NCBI GenBank assembly: GCA_050015075.1
Contig: JBEKCB010000011.1
Span: 1-64,000, forward strand
Reading direction: 5' to 3'
Length of the DNA stretch: 64,000 nucleotides
Origin: Candidatus Brocadiia bacterium
GTDB taxonomy: Bacteria > Planctomycetota > Brocadiia > CAIUPP01
Shown: positions 58,163 to 64,000 of the stretch, in pieces
Numbering within the stretch: position 1 is the first letter of the stretch
Layout of the letters: the number at the start of each line of letters is the position of its first letter
Made by a program: the position numbers and the translations under genes
The notes under the pieces: generated by a model
The model's database searches: none
The model's input: only the letters and a program-made list of their open reading frames with translations
What the model was told of the DNA's origin: nothing

Positions 58163-60298
58163 ATGATCCATCTCCTCTGGCTCTCGCTGGCGATCCCGAT
58201 CATCATCCACCTGGTGCATCGGCGGAAGGCGAAGCCGATGCCGTTCAGCACGCTGCGCTTTTTGCAGATGGTGGACCAGCGCGTGGCGCGGCGGCAGCGG
58301 CTGCGGGAACTGCTGCTGCTGGCGTTGCGCATGCTGCTGCTGGCCGCGCTGATCGGCGCGCTCGAGCGTCCGATGCTCCACTCCGGCGGCTTCAAGGGAA
58401 CCGGCCTCCCGACCACCGTGGCGATCCTCCTCGACGACACCGCCTCGATGCAGGCGGTGAAGCAGGGCTCCAGCGCGTTCGCGCGCGCCCGCGACGGCGC
58501 GCTCCAGGTGCTCGACGGCCTGAAGAACGAGGATTCCGCCGTGGTGACGCTCGCGACTTCCGCCGGCGACCCGCCCGAGCCGCCCACCACCGCGCTGCCC
58601 GAACTGCGCGCCAAGCTCTCGCGGATGGAATGCGGCTACGGCACCGCGGAGCTGAGCGCGCCGCTGCGCCGCGCCATCGCCAGCCTCCAGCTCAGCTCGA
58701 ACCCGGTCAAGGAAATCTACATCCTCACCGACATGCAGAAGAACGCGTGGACGGAGGCGCTCAAGGACGCCGCCGCGCAGGCGCCGAAGGGCGTGCCGGT
58801 GTTCGTCGTGGACGTGGGCGCTGACGTGTCGGAGAACCTGGCGGTCAAGGACGTGGACTTCGGCATCAAGGCGAACGTCGTCGGCGCGCCCGCGACCTGC
58901 TGGTGCCGCGTCGAGAACGCCGGCTCGCAACGGATGGAGCGCAAGGTCTCGCTCTTCCTCGAGGGGCAGAAGATCGCCGAGCAGCCCGCGGCGGTGAACG
59001 CCGGCGGCACGCAGACGCTGACCTTCCGCCACGTCTTCGACCGGATGGGCGACTTCAGCGGCTATGTCGAGGTCGAGCCCGACGAACTGCCCGCGGACAA
59101 CCGGCGCTGGTTCACCGTGCAGGTCGTCGAGAAACTCCCGGTGCTGGTCATTGACGGCGCGCCGTCGGTCATCGCGTATCGCGACGGCGCGTTTTTTCTC
59201 CGGCTGGCGCTGGAGGGAAGCGCGGTGGCGGGGAAGAAGCTTTCGCCGATCGAGACGCGCGTCGTGTCGGAAGCGGAGGCGGCGTCGCAGCGCTTCGAGG
59301 ACTATCGCTGCATCATCCTCGCCGACGTGCCGCGCGTCGAGGAGCGGCTGGCCGACCGGCTGAAGGACTACGTCAAGGCCGGCGGCGGGCTGCTGATCTT
59401 CTGCGGCGAGAAGGTGGACGCGGCGGCGTTCAACGTGGCGCTCGGGACGCCGGACCTCGCCGGCGCCGGCGTCCTTCTCCCGGCGCCGCTCGGCCCGGTG
59501 ATGACCGCCTCGGAGAAGGAGCATCCCTTCTTCCAGGTCCAGCGCACCGACACGAGCCACCCGATCTTCCGCGACATCAGCGCGGAGACTGACCTGGGCA
59601 CCGCGCGGGTCAGGAGTTTCCTCTCGACCGAGGTCCCGAAAGGCAGCGGCGCCGCGGTGATCGTGGAGATGAACGGCGGTCCGCTCCTGCTCGAGCGCAA
59701 GTTCGGCGCGGGCGCCGTGGTCCTCTGCACGAGTTCGTGCACGCCCGCGTGGAACAACCTTCCGCTGAAGCCGTACTTCGTGCCGATCCTCCACCAGATC
59801 GTCTATTACCTCAGCCGCACCGGCGGCGACGCCGAACGCAGCACGCCGGCCGGGACGCCGTACCTGCTGAAGCTGCCGAACACGCCCGCGCCGGTGACGG
59901 TGGAGTTCTCGCTGCCGGCGAAGGACGCGAAAGAGAAGGCCGATTCGACCCGCGAGGTGAAGAGCGCGCAGACGGCCGGCGAGAACCGCGCGGCGCTCCG
60001 CGACACCGCCCGCCCCGGCATTTACAGCGCGGAATTCAACATCACCGGCGCCGCGCAGCGGCAGCTCTTCGCGGTCAACACACCGTCCGAGGAAACCGAG
60101 CTGGCGCGGCTGCCGCTCGAAAAGGCGCGCGACTACCTCGACCGCGGAAACGTCGTCCTCGTCCCCGGCGCCGAGGCGATCGCGCCCGCCGTCCGGATCG
60201 AGCGAAACGGCGTGCCGCTCTGGGATTACCTGCTGCTGGCGACGATCGTTCTGGCGGTGTGCGAGTGTTTCGTTGGGAACGTGGTGCTCAAACGGTGA
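58163..60298 (+). CDS. BatA-domain / vWA / Ig-like membrane protein
   Basis: LAIPIIIHL..R...FSTLRFL BatA motif; LLDDTASM MIDAS-like; ILTDMQ; DELPADN; C-terminal TM. Confidence 0.88.
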   Translation: MIHLLWLSLAIPIIIHLVHRRKAKPMPFSTLRFLQMVDQRVARRQRLRELLLLALRMLLLAALIGALERPMLHSGGFKGTGLPTTVAILLDDTASMQAVKQGSSAFARARDGALQVLDGLKNEDSAVVTLATSAGDPPEPPTTALPELRAKLSRMECGYGTAELSAPLRRAIASLQLSSNPVKEIYILTDMQKNAWTEALKDAAAQAPKGVPVFVVDVGADVSENLAVKDVDFGIKANVVGAPATCWCRVENAGSQRMERKVSLFLEGQKIAEQPAAVNAGGTQTLTFRHVFDRMGDFSGYVEVEPDELPADNRRWFTVQVVEKLPVLVIDGAPSVIAYRDGAFFLRLALEGSAVAGKKLSPIETRVVSEAEAASQRFEDYRCIILADVPRVEERLADRLKDYVKAGGGLLIFCGEKVDAAAFNVALGTPDLAGAGVLLPAPLGPVMTASEKEHPFFQVQRTDTSHPIFRDISAETDLGTARVRSFLSTEVPKGSGAAVIVEMNGGPLLLERKFGAGAVVLCTSSCTPAWNNLPLKPYFVPILHQIVYYLSRTGGDAERSTPAGTPYLLKLPNTPAPVTVEFSLPAKDAKEKADSTREVKSAQTAGENRAALRDTARPGIYSAEFNITGAAQRQLFAVNTPSEETELARLPLEKARDYLDRGNVVLVPGAEAIAPAVRIERNGVPLWDYLLLATIVLAVCECFVGNVVLKR

Positions 60299-60376
60299 GG
60301 CGCAAGAAATGGGAGTTATGGGAAGGAAGATGGGAGATATGATTGGCGCGGCGGCCTTCCTTATTCTGAAGCGGCG

Positions 60377-62737
60377 ATGAGTAACTGGGAATTCACATTC
60401 ACGGGAACCTGGTCGGCGTGGATCGTCGCGCTGATCGCCTTCGGGGCGGTCGCGTTGACGTTGCTCTTCTACCGCGCGAAGCGGGCGCAGTTGTCGCGGC
60501 GCGCGTTCATTATCCTCACGGTCCTGCGGACGCTGGTGATCGTGGCGACGGCGCTGTTCCTCATGAAGCCGGTGCTTCGCTTCAGCCGCAACGCCGCGGA
60601 GCGCAGCCAGGTGATTGTCCTGCAGGATGTCTCGCAGAGCATGGGCATCCACGACGCCATCGAGGGACGCAGCCGGCTCGAGGCCGGGCTCTTCCTGCTG
60701 CGCGAGTCGCCGTACAAGATCCTCGAGAAGCTCTCCGACACGCACCAGGTCCGCTTTTTCACGTTCGGCAGCGTGACGGCGGAGACGCAGCCCTCCGGCG
60801 CGTTCCAGGCGGACGAGCGCGCGACCGCGCTCGGCGACGCGCTGAAGGAATCCGTCGCGCGCGTCGGACAGCCGGCGACGGCGGCGGTGATCCTGCTCAC
60901 CGACGGCGTTCCGACTTCCGGCGAGGACCCGCGCATGGTCGCGCGTACGCTCGGCGTGCCCGTGTTCCCGATCGCGCTCGGCGGCCGGATGGCGGAGAAG
61001 GGAAAATTCTTCGACATCGGCATCGCCGGCGTCCCGCACAACCTGGAGCTGATCGTCAACAACATCGGGAAGCTGAAATTCACGCTCTCGAACTTCGGCA
61101 TCGAGGGCCTCAGCGACGCCGAGCGCGCCATGACGATGACGCTGAGCTGCAAGAACCAGGTCGTCGCGACCGCGCCGGTGCAGTTCCCCGCGCAGAACGG
61201 CTCGCGCGAGGCGGAGATCGAGTACACGCCCAAGGAGGTCGGCGTCCAGAAGCTCACCGTGGCGCTGCCGACGCTGCCGGGCGAGCCGATCACGGAGAAC
61301 AACACCCGCGAGTTCATCGTGCGCGTGGTGGAGCCGAGGATCCGCGTGCTGATCGTCGAGGGCGTCATCCGCAGCGAGTACCGCTTCCTGCGCAAGGTCC
61401 TCGGCAGCGACCCGACGATCCAGGTCACGAGCGTGATCAAGAAGGACAAGGAGGAGTTCTATCAGCAGGATTCCGACCCGGGCATTGACCTGAGCCGCGG
61501 GCTGCCGCGGAACAAGGAGGACTTCAAGAAGTTCGACGTCGTCATCCTCGGCGACATCGCGCGCGCGGAGTTCACCGACGAGCAGTTGCAGGGCCTGAAG
61601 GACTACGTCTCCGGCGGGGCCGGGCTGCTGGCCATCGGCGGTTATCACGCGTACGGGCCGGGCGGCTACGCGGACAGCCCGGTCGCCGACCTGCTCCCGC
61701 TGAAGATCCATGGGCCGGCGGACGGGCAGAGCGCGGGGAACTTCGCGCCCGCGCTGACGCCGCTCGGCAGAGCGCACCCGGTCTTCGAAGGCTGCGAGAA
61801 GTTCTTCGAGGACTCCTCGAACCCGGCCGATGCGGCCGCGGAGAAAAGTGCCGCCGCCATGGCGACGCTCGACGGCGCGAACCGCGTCGTCGGCGTCAAA
61901 CCCGGCGCGGAGATCCTCATGGTCAACCCGAAGGAGACTCTTCCGGGCGGCAACGAGAATATGCCCGTCGTCGCCGTGCAGCAATTCGGCGTCGGCCGCG
62001 TGCTGGCGCTGACGGCCGACACGACCTGGAAGTGGAGATTCCAGATGGAAGGGCATGGGCTGGATTCTCCGTACTATCGTTTCTGGCGCCAGTCCGTCCG
62101 CTGGGCGGCCGGGCGCAAGGACCAGGGCGGCCAGCGCGTCAAGGACCGCCTGATCGCGTGGCCGGACAAGCTGGAGTACGCGCTCGGCGAGCCGATGACG
62201 ATCGAGGCGCGTGTCCAGAGCGCCGACGGCGAGCCGCTGGACAACGCGAAGGTGGAGGTGGAAATCCAGAACCCGACGCCCGGCGGAGCGGCGCCGCCGC
62301 AGGCTTCGCCGAAAAGCACGGGCGGCGACGCGCCTGCCGCCAAGGCGGTCCTCGGCCGCGACGCTCAGACGGTCGGACAGTATCGCGGCAGCGTGTCGCC
62401 GAGCATCGGCGGGATCGGCCGCGCGATCGTGACGGCCTCGGACAAGAACGCCGAGTTCGCCCGCGTGGAATTCGAGTTCTCCGTCGGGCAGATCGCCGGC
62501 GAATTCGACCGCGTGGACGTGGACGAGGTGCTGCTTCAGACGCTGGCGGCGGAGACCGGCGGCGAGTTCCACACGTTCGCGACCGCCGCGCAGATCCCCG
62601 AGGAACTCGACCAGCGGCAGCACCGCGTGATGTATCACGAGGAAAAGAACATCTGGAACGAGTGGGGCTTCGCGCTGGTGTTCCTGGCGTGCGCCTCCGC
62701 CGAATGGCTCTTGCGCAAACGCAATGCGCTGAATTAA
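60377..62737 (+). CDS. vWA + glutamine-amidotransferase-like (DUF1355) membrane protein
   Basis: LQDVSQSM, LLTDG, FDVVILGD, GAGLLAIGG...YG.GGY..SP, G.GRVLAL..DTTWKW; C-terminal EWLLRKR. Confidence 0.85.
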   Translation: MSNWEFTFTGTWSAWIVALIAFGAVALTLLFYRAKRAQLSRRAFIILTVLRTLVIVATALFLMKPVLRFSRNAAERSQVIVLQDVSQSMGIHDAIEGRSRLEAGLFLLRESPYKILEKLSDTHQVRFFTFGSVTAETQPSGAFQADERATALGDALKESVARVGQPATAAVILLTDGVPTSGEDPRMVARTLGVPVFPIALGGRMAEKGKFFDIGIAGVPHNLELIVNNIGKLKFTLSNFGIEGLSDAERAMTMTLSCKNQVVATAPVQFPAQNGSREAEIEYTPKEVGVQKLTVALPTLPGEPITENNTREFIVRVVEPRIRVLIVEGVIRSEYRFLRKVLGSDPTIQVTSVIKKDKEEFYQQDSDPGIDLSRGLPRNKEDFKKFDVVILGDIARAEFTDEQLQGLKDYVSGGAGLLAIGGYHAYGPGGYADSPVADLLPLKIHGPADGQSAGNFAPALTPLGRAHPVFEGCEKFFEDSSNPADAAAEKSAAAMATLDGANRVVGVKPGAEILMVNPKETLPGGNENMPVVAVQQFGVGRVLALTADTTWKWRFQMEGHGLDSPYYRFWRQSVRWAAGRKDQGGQRVKDRLIAWPDKLEYALGEPMTIEARVQSADGEPLDNAKVEVEIQNPTPGGAAPPQASPKSTGGDAPAAKAVLGRDAQTVGQYRGSVSPSIGGIGRAIVTASDKNAEFARVEFEFSVGQIAGEFDRVDVDEVLLQTLAAETGGEFHTFATAAQIPEELDQRQHRVMYHEEKNIWNEWGFALVFLACASAEWLLRKRNALN

Positions 62738-62810
62738 ACTTGGATGGACGATGGACGATGGACGACGGACTAACGCTCCGATTCCATTGCCTATCTTCGG
62801 AGGCAAAAAT

Positions 62811-63941
62811 TTGCGGCGTTGTATCATTGGACTTCTGCTCATCTTTGCGGCATGCCGGACGGGTTTCGGCGCTGAAAAACTCGCATGGCGCGACGCGTCG
62901 GTCGAACTGAGCGACGGGCGGACGGTCGCCGGGCAGGTCGCGCTCGTGAACGACCAGTTGATCATCCATAACGACGCGCAGGAGAAGAAGTACACCGTCC
63001 GGCTCGCCGAGATGAAGCAGCTCGAGTCGCTCGTCGAGAAGGAATCCTTGGAGAAGAAGTGGTTCTTCAAGGAGGACGGCCGCGACGAGAAAGTCTATAC
63101 CGGCGAGGTCTATCCCGTGCGCTATTTCAACACGCGCGTGACGTTCGGCGACGGGCGCACGCTCGAGGGCCACATCATCAGCACCACGGCGCTTCTCAAA
63201 GTCGGCGACGACGCGCCGGAGCGCCTCTTCCTGACCCGGCAGATGGAGGGCAAGGTCGGCCAGAAGCTCGACGACCTCGTCTACGTCAAGCGCATCGCGC
63301 TCAAGGGCGAAGCCGCCGGCGTCCTGGGCAGCATCCGCGGGACGGTGCGCCTGCCCGCGGGCGAAAAGCTGGTGGGCGTCATCGCCATCAACTGCCAGGA
63401 CGATACCAGCCTCACGGCTGAAATGGGCGGGAACGGCGCGTTCAAGTTCACCGAGTGCACGCGCGGCGCTTACGACCTGATCGTCCTGTCGGACCGGGCG
63501 ATTTACGCAGGGTTCAGCGCGGAAAAGGCGCCCGACGGCGCGCGCCTCGGCGCGGGGACGCTGAAGGAAATCTCCGACTGGTCGAAGAACGTCCGCGATT
63601 TCTTCGACTCGCACGACCCGCTATACGGCGCCGGGAGCCTGGAGCGCGCCTACGTCCTCGTCCGCATGGAACGCGCGCGCGACCGCGCGAACACGCTCCA
63701 GGCCGACACGATGTTCCGCCGCTACGAGGTGTGGCTGATGGCGAAGCCGGAGGACGAGTGGGTGATCGCGAAGCGCTTCGTCCTCCAGCGCGGCCTCAGC
63801 GCGGGCAAGGACATCCCGAGAGAACGCATGGAAATCCGGCCGGCGCTGGCCGGACAGAACGTCAGCGCGGAGCGCAGCGACTTGACGCTTTCGCTGCAAC
63901 TGGCCGGCGGCGACGCGGCCGTTTCTCAGCCGTCGAACTGA
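62811..63941 (+). CDS. Secreted hypothetical protein
   Basis: TTG start after GGAGG; signal peptide; carboxypeptidase-regulatory-like Ig segment (GSIRGTV...GAFKF...GAYDL). Confidence 0.7.
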   Translation: MRRCIIGLLLIFAACRTGFGAEKLAWRDASVELSDGRTVAGQVALVNDQLIIHNDAQEKKYTVRLAEMKQLESLVEKESLEKKWFFKEDGRDEKVYTGEVYPVRYFNTRVTFGDGRTLEGHIISTTALLKVGDDAPERLFLTRQMEGKVGQKLDDLVYVKRIALKGEAAGVLGSIRGTVRLPAGEKLVGVIAINCQDDTSLTAEMGGNGAFKFTECTRGAYDLIVLSDRAIYAGFSAEKAPDGARLGAGTLKEISDWSKNVRDFFDSHDPLYGAGSLERAYVLVRMERARDRANTLQADTMFRRYEVWLMAKPEDEWVIAKRFVLQRGLSAGKDIPRERMEIRPALAGQNVSAERSDLTLSLQLAGGDAAVSQPSN

Positions 63942-63951
63942 AAGGGCGGAC

Positions 63952-64000
63952 ATGGCTGCCGGGATAACGGACGAAACGAGAAACGGTCAATCGCCCGAAG
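63952..64000 (+). CDS. Start of next gene (partial)
   Basis: ATG shortly after the previous stop; frame open to the window end. Confidence 0.35.
   Translation, partial: MAAGITDETRNGQSPE

Noticed and set aside
58079-63070. Very long antisense or alternative-frame ORFs (1663 aa here; also 17447-19999, 28982-31498, 32086-34302, 49983-52145)
   Set aside because: Shadow ORFs of high-GC genes that have clear family motifs on the opposite strand
1-64000. Prophage, integrative element or autonomous IS
   Set aside because: No integrase, transposase or phage structural genes recognised; parA is of the chromosomal Soj type

Overview
High-GC chromosomal segment of a diderm, probably anaerobic bacterium (NfnAB, Kdo/Lpt genes). 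The short PheT, the ThrS insertion and the MoxR/vWA/DUF4159 cluster suggest PVC/Planctomycetota (inference). In order, it contains: the thrS-infC-rpmI-rplT-pheS-pheT operon with tRNA-Val(GAC); nfnAB and an FGGY kinase; a ~15 kb Tad/Flp pilus cluster with a sigma54-type promoter, three FHA-domain proteins, DUF192, no secretin and an inserted four-helix-bundle gene; a convergent PafB/PafC-like WYL pair with a long repeat-containing upstream region; parA-kdsD-kdsC-long Lpt-like gene; housekeeping genes (ribD, pyrB, ruvC, holA, cutA, polX, rny, dnaJ); a parS site; and a DUF4159-MoxR-DUF58-BatA/vWA cluster. Main leads: (1) a Kil-like FHA-rich Tad apparatus; (2) a ~470-nt extensively base-paired RNA between a near-consensus promoter and rny; (3) about 20 intergenic inverted tandem-repeat hairpins with many different 6-10 nt units, one of which brackets the four-helix-bundle gene; (4) the ~625-nt repeat-bearing leader of the WYL operon; (5) small palindromic elements inserted in frame into ribD and the WYL gene. 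All calls come from motif recognition by eye; no database searches or folding programs were run.
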